44,788 nucleotides of DNA from Octopus bimaculoides (GCF_001194135.2 NC_068995.1:818764-863551); one strand, 5' to 3'; counted from the stretch's first letter, positions 1-13,819 are shown. The notes: generated by a model not told the origin, from the letters alone. A program made the numbers and translations.

Positions 1-72
<72 letters not shown>
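1..72. repeat. (GT)n microsatellite, runs off window start
   Basis: Direct reading of an uninterrupted TG dinucleotide run. Confidence 0.99.
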
Positions 73-77
<5 letters not shown>

Positions 78-378
78 CGCAGACACACACATTCATACAT
101 ATTGTTACCTTTTATAACGTTCAGGTGTCGAAAAATAAAATGGCGATTTGAGTAAACTTTGCGTTTTGTTTCTTTTTAGTGCATTATAATCGTATATCAT
201 CTAATGTGAAGATGAACGGAAGTAGAAGCTAAAGGCGGATTGGGAGCAGAATGTTGGATATCATATAACTTGGGTAAATACGATGTGCGTGTTGTGTACG
301 TGAACGTGTGTATATATAAGTCTATGTGCATATATATATGTATATGTATATATAATGTATGTATATGTGTATGTGTAT

Positions 379-416
<38 letters not shown>

Positions 417-417
<1 letters not shown>

Positions 418-622
418 AAGGCTCATAAGGCTAGTATTCCGGATTCGGAGGTGTAAATATACTCCCCCTGGATGGGACGCCTCATTAACTCATCTTTGCC
501 AGCTGGTACATTGGAACAACATGAAATGAAATGTTTCGCTTAAGACCACATTGTCTCGCCCGGTCCCAGATACGAAACCACAATCTCACAATCATCAATA
601 CAACACCCCAACCACCATGACA
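417..622 (-). mobile_element. tRNA-derived SINE-like element, family C, diverged copy
   Basis: Reverse complement aligns by eye to the family C copy at 31924-32095 (tRNA-like head, GTGTTCTTGAGCAAAACACTTCATT-like core) and continues into CCCATCCAGGGGGAG. Confidence 0.7.
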
Positions 623-641
623 CACACGTCTACATCATATA

Positions 642-684
<43 letters not shown>

Positions 685-1744
685 AGATATTGTTTTAGGT
701 AGGTAGGTAAGTAGGTTGGTGTGTAGGTAGTTAGGTAGGTAGGTATGAGTGCTACACACACATCCCAACACGCAAAACACACATTTGACTACGTATCTAT
801 TATAAACTGTTACACGCCTGTTTCTACGTACTCTACACGTGTACAGAGTTACTGAATATCTTGTTTAGGATACACATAATCTATATATATTTATATATAT
901 ACATATGTGTGTGTGTGTATGGACGTGGATGTGCATTTATGTGTGTGTGAGTGGGTGTGTATGCATGTGTATTTATGCGGTTGTGTTGACACCTATAATA
1001 TACTGATTTACCGAAATGAATATCGTAAAAGTCAAAGGAAAGAGTATGAGAGAGAGAGAGGGGGGGAGTGGGAGAGAGAGATTTAGAAGCCAATTACATG
1101 CAAATTTCCAATGTCTTTCCTTCTCTCTCTCGCTCACACGCTCTCCCTCCCTCTCTTTTTCTCCCTCACCCCACCTCATCTCTCTCTCTCTCTCCTCTAC
1201 GAAACACAACGCTTAGCAATTACTCCTGTACCGACAAACCTTGCTAACATAAACGCATTTCCCACAAATACACATATTTTCTTCTTTTCTAATATTGTTT
1301 TTCTTATTCTTGTGGCTTCAATTGTTTACAACCTTTTTTTATTGAAATTATTTTTAGTTTCATATTTTTTCTTCATTTTTTTCTTTTTTTTGTTTCTATC
1401 TTTTTCGAATTGTTCTACGAGAATATTTTTAGGCTAAAAATGTTTTTTTGAATCTATGCATTGCAAGTGATAGCGTTGCATTTTGATAGAGTCATATTTG
1501 TCAATGCATGACCACGCGCATTCGTAGACGTAGCGGAAACAATTAAAAGGAATTTGTTGGATTCAACTGGATATGCATATATTGATAGATACATACATAT
1601 ACTCATAAATATGTGTGCGTGCATATAATTATGTCGGCCCCCATTTTACAGAACCGCTACGATACGGTAACGTACACACACCAACAACCGGTTGCCAAGT
1701 CGGGAATGGGAATCAACACACACACACATATAAACACACACACG

Positions 1745-1895
1745 CCACGGGCTTCTTTCTATTTCTGGCTACCAAATCCACTCACAAAGTTTTGGTCGGC
1801 CTTATTCTATAATAGAAGACATTCTACCGAAAGCGTCACGCCGTGGTACTGAACCGGCAACCGCGAGGTTGGGAAGCAAACTTCTCCACACACAG
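1745..1895 (-). mobile_element. tRNA-derived SINE-like element, family B (CORE-like CCTTGGGCAAG domain)
   Basis: Shares GGGCTTCTTTC..CTACCAAATCCACTCACAA..TTTGGTCGGCC..TAGAAGACA..GGTTGGGAAGCAA with copies at 28403 and 41148. Confidence 0.8.
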
Positions 1896-2714
1896 TGACG
1901 AAACGGTTTCGAGTTTTCCTGTTTCAGATATATTATTTTTTTACTTACTACACAAACATACAAACTTTACTTTAATATATCAAAAGTTCCTTTTTAAACT
2001 AAATAAAACCTTTTTGTTTAGAATATTTAGAAAATTCCGTTTAACCCTTTTGACAGCAATTCGCCTGGGATCGCCCTCAGTTCTGCAATACGAATTTCCT
2101 CGTTTCAAGTAACTTATATTAAAACTTCCCATTAAAATTCCATGCTAATTTGTTTCAGATTCCAAATGATAATTCCTTCATTATTTTCAAAATTAATTGA
2201 AACAAAGACAGAGTATTTCATCAGAAATAACGAAAAGAGTGTTGTTGAAAATTGAAAAAAAAACAATGCTGTTCATTTTTTTCATTGTTTATGACCTCAA
2301 ATATTGGTCAATTCATTAAACTTCTAGCAGTCACGTGAGGGATTCTGTGACTATTGTTAATGATGACCAACGAGTTTCAAAACCAGGTTAATTCATTGGT
2401 TGTCATTTCAATTGCGCAGTCGCATGACTTGTTGAGAAATCCGGGTTTATGAACTTAGAGCCACTTTTTGTATTATTTTAGGTTTAATAAACACGTTGTT
2501 GTTGTTGTTGTTTTTCTATGAATTGGTAAATTTATAAAATATAAATATGTTTAAATGTTTCTCACGTTTGCACAGCTTAGTCAGAAAAGGAAACACAACG
2601 CGCCTTGTTCAGGGTTTCGGGTAGTGGTGGGAGGGAAGGAGAAATTTGTACTCAATCGAGAGGAGGGTCTCCTTAAAGCACCCATGGGCCCGCTTGATGG
2701 TGGTATTAAACCGA

Positions 2715-2777
<63 letters not shown>

Positions 2778-3000
2778 CAGTAGGGAGCGACGGCAGTGGC
2801 ATGGGTGATTTCAATACTGAAAGCATTGTCATTATCCTCGTCATCATCATTACCACTATCATCATTAACAGCAACTACTACTACTACTACAGCAACTACT
2901 ACTACTACTATTACTACTGCTACTACTACTACTATTACTACTGCTACTACTACTGCAATAGCAACAATAGTAGCAATAACAGCGACAACAATAGCAACAG
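2715..3000. repeat. Compound trinucleotide low-complexity tract (AGT)n / (CAT)n / (TAC)n / (AAC)n
   Basis: Direct reading; it produces the spurious poly-V/poly-Y ORF 2555-3298. Confidence 0.95.
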
Positions 3001-3308
3001 CCCCGATGTTTTGTTAAGATCCAAAGCAAATCCCATCAGTTTAATTGATCGTCAAAAAACTAAGGGAATTCGCTTCAAAAATCAAAATAAATCATTAAAA
3101 ATAAACACGCCGCCCAACCCTACACCCCACCTGACCAACAAAAACAAACTTCACCACCACCATCACCATCATTATTATCAACCGCAACAACAAATCCCCA
3201 ACAACATAAAAGAAACAGATTGTAAGAAACCAATGACCGAACAAATTGTGGAGCCCAGTCACAGTAAAGAACCAATGAAAAGCCTGGATGTGGTGTAACA
3301 AGCAAAAC

Positions 3309-3348
3309 AAGCGAAAAGAAGCGAAAAGAAGCGAAAAGAAGCGAAAGG
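3309..3348. repeat. 10-bp tandem repeat (AAGCGAAAAG) x4
   Basis: Three exact copies plus one copy with a single mismatch. Confidence 0.95.
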
Positions 3349-3688
3349 AGCGGCGGAAAATAAACAATGCACAGAGATTAAACTGGCTTGACCTGAATTT
3401 AGTCTTCCTTTTAAGCTGATTGTTTTAAACGAAGAACTTGTAGAAATCAATATGGTTCATATCGAAGACGTAATGATGAGGGTGTTGGTGGTGGGAGGGA
3501 ATGAAACGATTAGGATAGAAGAGGAAGGAGTTGGAAAAAGTGGGAGAGATAGAGGAGGAGGAAGAAGAAGAAGAAGAAGAAAACAACAATAACAACAACA
3601 GAAATAAAATGGCGGATTTTGAAAATGATTATAGAATCAAATCCATTGTAAATAAATATCATACTCTCTCTCTCTTTCTCTCTCTCTT

Positions 3689-3722
<34 letters not shown>

Positions 3723-3762
3723 GCTCAGTCTCTTTCTCTCTGTTTTCGTTCCCCCTCCAATA

Positions 3763-3798
<36 letters not shown>

Positions 3799-3921
3799 GA
3801 TTGTTAGAAAGAACCGCGATATTTAAGGAAACTGGTTTTGACGCAGTATGAAGGACATTAATTCCAAATGTAACATATTTGTGCAAATCATTTTTTAAAA
3901 ATATTAGAAAGGTTTCAAATT

Positions 3922-4105
3922 ATTACACAAGGCCAGCAATTTTAGCGAGAGTGGGAGGTCGGTTATATCAGTCCCATGATTGGTATTTATTTTATTGACC
4001 CCGAAAGGATGAAAGGGTAAGTTTAACTCAACGATATTTGAATAGAGAACGTAGGGAGTTGGTCGAAACGCTGCTCGGCATTTTGTTTGATGCTCTACCG
4101 ATTCT
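3922..4105 (-). mobile_element. SINE family A, diverged copy
   Basis: TTGACCCCGAAAGGATGAAAGG..TTTGAA..AGAACGTA is the reverse complement of the family A core seen at 31613-31835. Confidence 0.75.
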
Positions 4106-4129
4106 TAGAGATTACCACTTAAGTGGTTT

Positions 4130-4328
4130 CTAATTTAGGCACGAGGCCAGCAATACTGAGAGGAAAGGTTAATCGATAGCATCACCCTTATTTCACTGGT
4201 ATTTTAATTTATCGACCCTGAAAAGATGAAAGTAAAGTTAAGCTTGGTGGGATTTGAACTCAGAACACAGAGAAGAGCCGGAATAAATACCGCCAAGAAT
4301 TTTTCCCGAAACTCTAACGATTCTGTCA
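4130..4328 (-). mobile_element. SINE family A, second tandem copy
   Basis: TTATCGACCCTGAAAAGATGAAAG..GGATTTGAACTCAGAAC..CTAACGATTCTG matches the family A core and head in reverse. Confidence 0.8.
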
Positions 4329-4516
4329 ATAACAATAATCGTTTCTTTATTCGCCCCAAGAGAATCGTTCGAGGAACAAATTATTATAAAAAATCGACCA
4401 AATGTTATTAGAAACATCAAACAACAACAACAACAACAGTAAGAACATGTTCAACGTTAAACGAATTACATGAGTCATAATGCTTGTTCCATTTAATTGT
4501 TTCAGTTTTCTCTTTA

Positions 4517-4517
<1 letters not shown>

Positions 4518-4587
<70 letters not shown>
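4518..4587. repeat. (ATT)n microsatellite
   Basis: Direct reading. Confidence 0.98.
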
Positions 4588-4815
4588 TCCTTTCTCTTTT
4601 CCGATCATTTTTATCTCCATTATTTTATATTTTTTATAATTTTTTTTTCTCACTAACGATCAAATAATTTTTAGATGAATATCGGAAGTTACTTGGCATT
4701 AAAATAAAATAAGATATAATAATAAATGAAATATTTATTATAATTTCAATGTTGCATCATTTACATGAAAAGGGTGAGAGATGAAAAGATCGACACTCTC
4801 GTAATTGGAAGGGAT

Positions 4816-4818
<3 letters not shown>

Positions 4819-4872
<54 letters not shown>
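4819..4872. repeat. (TC)n microsatellite
   Basis: Direct reading. Confidence 0.98.
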
Positions 4873-4873
<1 letters not shown>

Positions 4874-5263
4874 AGATGTCGACAGAAAAGAAAATAAATT
4901 ATCTTATAGGGTGTAACTAGAGTTAAAGGTGGAGCAACCCTTAAAGGGGACTTCAAGAGATGTTAATGACAGGGGTCCTAGCCAAAACAAAGCCTTATTC
5001 ACCTCTTCAGGAAAAAAAATTTAAATGGCGGTCTTCGTTAACGTGATTTTTACTGTTTAGAATAACAAACGTTAATGGATGAGGGTGAGTGTGTATGTGT
5101 GTACGTATCTGTGTGTGTTGCGAGTATATATACACACACAGAAAGCGAGAGAGGGATAAAGAGAGATGGATGGATTAACACTGTCAGATAGATTTATAGA
5201 TATGTATATAGATGGATGGATGAATTAAGAAAGAAAAACACACGTCACTCATCATTCATACAA

Positions 5264-5330
5264 ACAGACGGATTGACAGACGGATTGACAGACGGATTGA
5301 CAGACGGATTGACAGACGGATTGACAGACA
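5264..5330. repeat. 12-bp minisatellite (ACAGACGGATTG) x5 plus partial copy
   Basis: Five exact copies at 5264, 5276, 5288, 5300 and 5312. Confidence 0.97.
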
Positions 5331-5338
5331 GCTCTGTA

Positions 5339-5485
5339 ATACGACGGGCTTCCGTGCAGCTTCCGTTCACCGAATTCTCTCGCAAGGTCGGCTCGGGTTG
5401 ATACGAGGGGACACTTGACCAAGGTGTCGCGCAATGAAACAGAGCCCCAAACCGCATGGTTACCAAATTAAATTCGTTGCCACAC
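5339..5485 (-). mobile_element. SINE family B, diverged copy
   Basis: ATACGACGGGCTTC..CAGCTTCCGT..GACACTTGACCAAGGTG..CATGGTT aligns to 41148-41291. Confidence 0.75.
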
Positions 5486-6089
5486 AACAATGCCTCACCC
5501 GATTCATAAGTATATTGTTCGTGATAACATCGACGTTTTCGTTGCTGTTGCCATTAGTACGATGTTGCTGTTATTGTTGTTGGTCATTTTCTCTTCCTCC
5601 TCCTCCTCCTGTTTCTTCTCTTCTTCTTCCTCCTTCTTCTCCACCTCTCCTCCTCCTCCCTTTCCTTTTTCTTCTGCTACTGTTACTGTTTATAAGTTTG
5701 ATGTGGGCACGTAGTGTACTGAAGAACATACCCGAACGGTTTTCTCCTTGGCTCTTCTAGATCCAAGTTATGGGCTAAACTCGAAGTAATGATAATTAAA
5801 AAAAAAAAGAAAGAAAACCCTTAGAAATTCATTAATCTTCCAAATTGTACCTAGGCACTGTACTTATTTACAACAAGGAGACGTGGAATGGCTTGTCTTG
5901 AAAAAGCATCAGCTCAGTGCTAATAGACAGATCAGCAATCAGGCTACAATCATATCGATGTAAATCAGAATATATAAGCAATATATATACTTACGCGAGT
6001 GTGTGTGTGCGCGCGCGCTTGATTAATATACATGATTAAAATGTATAATTTTCAACTCGTTTATATTTTATATTATATATATATATTAT

Positions 6090-6128
6090 TCTTTTCTGTT
6101 GAAGAGCGTAGGCTCGAAACGTAAAAGA
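6090..6128 (+). ncRNA. Minimal hammerhead-ribozyme-like motif, degenerate core
   Basis: TCTTTT-CTGTTGA-A-GAGC(GTAG)GCTC-GAAA-CGT-A-AAAGA: perfect 4-bp stem II, GAAA, palindromic ACGT, approximate stem I. The core reads CTGTTGA rather than CTGANGA. Confidence 0.4.
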
Positions 6129-6677
6129 CTTTTTCATAATCGTAAAAATTAAAAGTAATTCAAATTCAATGTTTTCTTGAAACAATAAATTAGGATTTAA
6201 ATTTCAATCTATGAAAAGTTTCCGTTCTACAATATTCTCAAAGGAACGAAAAATTTTCCTGCAACTCGAGCGAATNNNNNNNNNNNNNNNNNNNNNNNNN
6301 NNNNNNNNNNNNNNNNNNNNNNNNNNNNNNNNNNNNNNNNNNNNNNNNNNNNNNNNNNNNNNNNNNNNNNNNNNNNNNNNNNNNNNNNNNNNNNNNNNNN
6401 NNNNNNNNNNNNNNNNNNNNNNNNNNNNNNNNNNNNNNNNNNNNNNNNNNNNNNNNNNNNNNNNNNNNNNNNNNNNNNNNNNNNNNNNNNNNNNNNNNNN
6501 NNNNNNNNNNNNNNNNNNNNNNNNNNNNNNNNNNNNNNNNNNNNNNNNNNNNNNNNNNNNNNNNNNNNNNNNNNNNNNNNNNNNNNNNNNNNNNNNNNNN
6601 NNNNNNNNNNNNNNNNNNNNNNNNNNNNNNNNNNNNNNNNNNNNNNNNNNNNNNNNNNNNNNNNNNNNNNNNNNNNN

Positions 6678-6722
<45 letters not shown>

Positions 6723-9412
6723 CATACATACATGCATGCATTTAATATATTGCACATACATATATTGTAGTGTCTGTGGGTGTCCCGCTTGATTTTTTGG
6801 TTTGTTTTTTTCTTTTTGCTTATTTCTTCTGTAGCCCTTAGGTCACAGCCTTTCTCTTTTTAGCTATTTTTCACTCTCTCTCTCTCTCTCTCTCCCTGCC
6901 TCCCTCTCTGTCTTTCTCTCACCCTCTCCACACGCACATGTTATTGTTGCAATCTATCTCATATCACATTTAATTACATCGCTTCTGATCCGCTCTTCCT
7001 TCCGTGATCGTTACAGTAACATGAAACGAAAGACCATTTTTTCTTCTCGCCACCCTCCTTCCCACAAAATTATTTTAACTCTATAAACCATCTGTTAATT
7101 AATAAATTAACATCCTTGACCAGACAATTATTCAGTGAGGTTTCTAACCAGAAACATGTATTTCTAGAGAGAGAGGAAAATCGGTGACATCGAAGAACGC
7201 GGCATCGGTTTCGCACGATCTGCAAGATATAACAACTAAATTCTCCCTTTTGATTTACTGTCTTGAAAATCCACCGAAGAGAAGAGGTGAAAATGTTGAA
7301 GCAAGAAAAAAAAAGGGAGCAAAAGCTCTTCTATAATATAACCACCACCACTACCACCACTTCTACCACCGTTACCACCATCATCACCACGACCACCATC
7401 ACCAGTCACCTTTCCTCCATTTCCTGGTCTCCCGAGTGTATCTTAAACCTGCAACAAAAGACGGTCAACTCTTTTACCAAAGGAAAGCAACTTTCTAAAC
7501 AAACACATTAAGAGTTTCTTTTTTAATAACGGAGAGAAAACTTGTCTTCTTCGATAAAATAGGTTAAATCGTTGTTCTTGCTATTTTGGTGGTTATAGAG
7601 GTAGTGGAGGGGGGGTTATGGTGATGGTAGAGTTATCATGGTGGTAGGGGGGTCATCGATAAATGGTGATATTTATGGGGATGGTAATGATATTTCCGGT
7701 GGTAGTTGAGTGGCAGTGGCGATGGTGATGGTGATGGTTTCGGTAGTAGTAGTGGTGGTAGTTGTGGTGGTGATATTAGTAGAGGAGATGTTTGAATAAA
7801 GGTGGCGGTGGTGGTGGTGGAGGTTGGGGTGGGATTTGGGGGTGAGGATGTTGAGATTTCTTTTAGTTTTTTGATTTGTTAGTATTTGGTGCGGTGAGGA
7901 GTCTCCAAATTAGGTTAAAGAAGTGTGTGTATGTGNNNNNNNNNNNNNNNNNNNNNNNNNNNNNNNNNNNNNNNNNNNNNNNNNNNNNNNNNNNNNNNNN
8001 NNNNNNNNNNNNNNNNNNNNNNNNNNNNNNNNNNNNNNNNNNNNNNNNNNNNNNNNNNNNNNNNNNNNNNNNNNNNNNNNNNNNNNNNNNNNNNNNNNNN
8101 NNNNNNNNNNNNNNNNNNNNNNNNNNNNNNNNNNNNNNNNNNNNNNNNNNNNNNNNNNNNNNNNNNNNNNNNNNNNNNNNNNNNNNNNNNNNNNNNNNNN
8201 NNNNNNNNNNNNNNNNNNNNNNNNNNNNNNNNNNNNNNNNNNNNNNNNNNNNNNNNNNNNNNNNNNNNNNNNNNNNNNNNNNNNNNNNNNNNNNNNNNNN
8301 NNNNNNNNNNNNNNNNNNNNNNNNNNNNNNNNNNNNNNNNNNNNNNNNNNNNNNNNNNNNNNNNNNNNNNNNNNNNNNNNNNNNNNNNNNNNNNNNNNNN
8401 NNNNNNNNNNNNNNNNNNNNNNNNNNNNNNNNNNNNNNNNNNNNNNNNNNNNNNNNNNNNNNNNNNNNNNNNNNNNNNNNNNNNNNNNNNNNNNNNNNNN
8501 NNNNNNNNNNNNNNNNNNNNNNNNNNNNNNNNNNNNNNNNNNNNNNNNNNNNNNNNNNNNNNNNNNNNNNNNNNNNNNNNNNNNNNNNNNNNNNNNNNNN
8601 NNNNNNNNNNNNNNNNNNNNNNNNNNNNNNNNNNNNNNNNNNNNNNNNNNNNNNNNNNNNNNNNNNNNNNNNNNNNNNNNNNNNNNNNNNNNNNNNNNNN
8701 NNNNNNNNNNNNNNNNNNNNNNNNNNNNNNNNNNNNNNNNNNNNNNNNNNNNNNNNNNNNNNNNNNNNNNNNNNNNNNNNNNNATAAAGAGGGAGAGAAA
8801 GTAGAAAAGCGGAAAAGCCGACAGATGTTCTACATCCAAGTTGATAATCATAAGTTAATTAAGTACTTGGTACTGAGCTTTACGGATTCATAAAAGATTG
8901 TGTGAAGATTGTCACCTAATTTCTGTTGGAATGTTATGAGGAGAAAAAGTAACATTTGCGAAAAAAAAAAAGACATCTATAAAGATATATTTATACAGAT
9001 GTGTATATACATATGTAGATACAAATACACACTCGTATACACACACACACACATATATAATTACATATATCTCAACATAGATATGCAAGTTGTGCGTATG
9101 AATGTATGTGAACATGTATACATATATATATTTATATATAGAGAGAGTGAGTGTGTGTGAACATACAGGCAGAAAGAGAAATAAAGGAAAAGAGACTGTA
9201 GTATGCGTATATAAATGCATAATACATTATATATCTGCTAGATATAACAACTAAATTCTCCCTTTTGATGTACTGTCTTGAAAAATCCACCCATTGTATA
9301 ATAGAATCTTCGTTACACAAGCCTCGATGGCCATGGTTCAACAACAGCGTTCAACAACAACACGTACATTAATAAGTATGGGATGTGGATAAAGTTTTGA
9401 AAAATAATATCT

Positions 9413-9463
9413 GAAACCGAAACGATGTGGTTGAGAAGCGAAACTCAACTACCTGGCCATACC
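9413..9463 (-). mobile_element. SINE family B 5' head fragment
   Basis: GAAACC..ATGTGGTTGAGAAGC matches 41257-41285. Confidence 0.55.
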
Positions 9464-10103
9464 TACACGCACGCACGCACACGCGCACACACGCTCGCAC
9501 GCACATACACACACCACCACCACATACAAGTATATGTGTAACATGAACCCAGTTACGGTTCGCATCCTCCAACAACATTATCGCCATCCATCAGACCATG
9601 ACGGACAAAACAAGTCTGTAAATACGTAGTAAAATGAAAAAACATAATTTCTAAACAAGGATTTCTTTCTTTCGCTTTTCTTTTTCTTGTTGTTTCTTGT
9701 GTTTCTTTAAACGTTTATCTTTCTCATTTTTTTTTTTTGCATTTTTTTAATAAGCAATATTCTTAAGGGGTCACGTGCGGATTATAATAATGTCTTTGTT
9801 GAGGCTGCTATTGTTGTTGTAGATGATGATGATGACGACCACGACAAGGAAGATGATGTGAGGAGAAAGAAGAAAAAAGAAATGTAGGGAAAGAGAGAGA
9901 GGGGGGATGAGAGGGAGGGATGAGAGAGAGAGGTGATGAGAGAGAGAAAGGTATTCTGATTTTAAAATAAAGAAAAGAATTAGTTCAAAGTAAAGAAGAA
10001 ACACCATTGGAGTCGAGTTTCATCGGAAGAATAATTCCATCCTGATCGGTAAATGAATAAGTACACACATACACACGCTCACACACACACACAAATGCAC
10101 GCA

Positions 10104-10137
<34 letters not shown>

Positions 10138-11183
10138 TGCACGCACAAACACACACACAAACACACACACACACGTGTGTATGCATGTACCCTTTTACTC
10201 TTTTACTAGTTTCAGCTCGTGTACGCGTGTGGGTGCGCGCATACAGACAGACAGACAGACAGACAGACATAGATAGATAGTCACAATCTTGCGTGTGTAT
10301 ATGTATGTACACACACATACACACGGAAATACCTATACACATACACGTTTTCATGCATGTGTGTATGTATGTATGTACGCGTGTATGTATGTTTGTTCAG
10401 CTGTGTTTTGTCTGTTGATTTTGTGCAATGTTGTGTGACGAAACATTTCAAATGATCCCGAAGGGAATTTATGAGAGGGACAAAAAGATATTTTTAAGGT
10501 TCTTGGGAGTGGAGGGATAGCTGTTGTCTGTGTGTGCGTGTGTGAAGGTTCGTGCGAGTCTGTTTTAGTTGAATCTTAAAGGAAATACCTATTACTGATT
10601 CTCTGATTATATCCATACAAATATGGACATTTATATAAGCATGTTTGTGCGGGTACACGCATACAGGTATGTGTGTGTGTATACATATATATATATATCT
10701 TATACATTTATGTATATGTATGTGTATATATATATGTATTATTATCTATCGTCTGTTATTATTCATTTGACTATGATACACCACAGGGTTCTACGACACG
10801 TCGTACGCTCTGGAGTATACCAACAACGTACAACCAACGTAACGCGCGCTTTGGACCAGTCCCTCGGCCCCCAGAGACTAATAGGGCTGGTTTTCTCTGC
10901 GTACACATATTCTATTTGATATCTATCAACCAAGATTTATATTTAGACTTATTATTTTATGAATACTATTATTCACAAAACATATTAAGTAATGAACCAG
11001 TAATTCATTGGATATTACTTTCCATTAATGAGGCTATTTGAATCTCTAATTGAATGTATGTATGTATGTATGTATGTATGTATATAAACTTACTGTCAAC
11101 AAAAGTCGGGATGTGTGGCGTTCAGTTACTCAATAAATGAAAAATACATTAAATACAACAAAACGTAATTGAATGCATTTGTC

Positions 11184-11219
<36 letters not shown>

Positions 11220-11300
11220 NNNNNNNNNNNNNNNNNNNNNNNNNNNNNNNNNNNNNNNNNNNNNNNNNNNTATATAATAACAATAATAATAATAATAATG

Positions 11301-11342
<42 letters not shown>

Positions 11343-12936
11343 GTGATTCAAATAGAACCGGGCGCTTGAAAAGATAGCCATCAGGTAGGGTCAGAGAAAT
11401 CTGTGGTCATCACGTGTGGTTTGTTCCGGCTTTTTTTACGCCTGGAGTTAAAATCCCGCCGTAGCCTACTTGGATAATAGGCTTAATCCGTCGCCCGGTT
11501 TATCCCCACCACTGGACACCTTACTTGCTCTTCTCTTGCAAACATTCGGCCCATATCATCGGTTAGAGGATATATTCATCACTCCTACCCGTCTATCAAT
11601 CTCAGAGGACCCTGTAAAGATTCAGGGGATACGACTTCTTATTCAAAGAAAAATAAAGCAGCATACTCCAAAACACATGGTTGAATGTCTTGCTCAAGAC
11701 ATCACTAGCTGTGAACAAGACACAATGACAAGAGGAATAAAGGAAAGAAAGGCAAAGAAATGATGGTGAGGTGCGGACGTGAACGGATTCAGAATATTTC
11801 TGGGGGACAATTATATGCTGTCTTTGAGGTAAAAACCCACAGCTTATTGAAGATTGCTTTTAAAAATTAAACAACAGGTTTGTTTGTTCGAGGTAGCGAT
11901 TTCGTATCAACCATGAGATTTTTTTAGATTTTCACAAGAAAATCGGTTAATGGATTTTTATAACTGTGCGTGTAATCAGGAATGGTGGGTTCTAAGAAAA
12001 GAAATGAATATTCGGAGACGTATTTGAATCAATATGTAGAGTATATGTGTGGGAATATTAGTTAAAAGATAGACAACATGGCGACTCCAAGTAGAGAAAG
12101 CTTAATGAATAAAGGTCGACAGGTGACATATCTTAGAAAAATCGTTATAAATGTTAGCTTGTGTGTGAGGCCAGTAAGAGTTAGAGCTTTTAGGTATATT
12201 AAAAGATGAATTTATTTGAATTCGCGTTTTTACCTGTTTTTACCGGTAAAAATGACTTCGGTGCTGGAATATTTGAAGAGCGTCGATATTTAAGAGACGT
12301 TGATTGGAAGAAGTTAATATTAATTCTAGTCAGCGGATTACGCAAGTTTGTGGACCGCTGGACCAAGTGAATCGAAAAGGAAGGAGACTATTCAGAAAAA
12401 TGACTTACTTGTTTATCCCCTGTTTTTGTGTAAATACATTGAAAAACAAGGGTGCGTGTAATTTTTTACTCTCTCACCAGACACATATAAACGCACTCAT
12501 GTACACTCATTTATATACGCAAATATATTCGTATGTTTATCGACAGATGAACGCTGACGGCGGGACGAGTGTTCATTCAGCATGTATATTTAAACGAGTA
12601 GCTTTTCAGGTTTAACCGCCAAAAAGAAAAAAAAGTATTTCAAATAATTTTAAACGAATATTAAATGAACCAGAACACTTAACACCTACGCTGTGTCTGC
12701 TATAATTAATATGGTGCGTCGCAAAGCATCGATTATTTTCATTAGTTTCAGACGTTTATCTATGACCATTTCTCGTTCTGCTAGTTTCTTTTCAATCGTT
12801 TCCATAACAGGCAACGCTAAAAGTATTCAGGAAGTTGTAGTTTCAGCATACAACACATGTATGTGTGGGGAGTTGTGCGAGTGTATATATGTATTTAAAT
12901 ATATGAAGATATATTTATATACATATATATTTGTAG

Positions 12937-12967
<31 letters not shown>

Positions 12968-13819
12968 GACAGACATATAATCTTTACTACACAGCTACTA
13001 CAGCACCTTATATATAATGTAATATATTCATTTTACACACGTAATGTTACTGCTAACTATATGTTCTTTTATTGTTTGTTATAGGTGTAATTGAGTGTGT
13101 ATGGCGGTGGTGGTGATGGTGGTGGAGCTGCAGCTGCTGATGATGATGATGACGACGGCAGCGACAATGAAGGGATAATGACTGTGAGGATTGATGACTG
13201 ATGTATGCATATTTACAGATAGATTAAACACGGATATATCTATGAATATACTTACGCATACACGTAAATAGATCGATAGATAGATAGACGGACGGACAGA
13301 CAGACAAATAGATAGATGCACACGGAAACATATGCACATACATGATATGCATATATATGTGTGCATACGTGTGTGTGCGTATGTGTGTGTGCGCGTGCGT
13401 GTGTGATAGAAGAAATGGAAACGAAAAATGGTGTTCATACAAAATTTCATTTAAAACTTCTACAGCTGTTTCAAAAGCAATTACGAATATATACAACCAC
13501 GTAAACAGTAATACTAAAGCGAGTTATAATATGATTATCAATAAGTAATAATAGATAAATACTAGCATAAATATTAACAATAATTAATAGTGACTATAAC
13601 AGTAACATGATAGGAATAATAAAGGTGATTGTAATAACACGAGAACCACTGTGTCGAGAAGGTTTTACAAACACAAACACAAACACATTATATAGAAAGA
13701 TAAGACAGACAGACAGAATGGGAGGCATACATACTAGAAGACTAAACAAAAGAGAATATTTAGATTGAGGGAAAACATGTTTGAATCATACAAACATGCA
13801 TACACACACATACACACAG

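Noticed and set aside
2555-3298. 247-aa ORF, the longest gap-free ORF in the track
   Set aside because: Poly-V, poly-Y, poly-N and poly-H stretches come from trinucleotide microsatellites; no domain or splice support.
3606-3660. AAAATGGCGG as a Kozak/YY1-type start (MADFENDYRIK..)
   Set aside because: The frame runs straight into (TC)n with no donor site.
5264-5330. CRISPR-like array
   Set aside because: Head-to-tail repeats without spacers, in a eukaryotic context.
11524-11610. Minus-strand 87-nt segment with good acceptor (CTTTACAG) and donor (CAA|GTAAGG)
   Set aside because: Stop codons in all three frames; at most a non-coding exon, which cannot be supported here.
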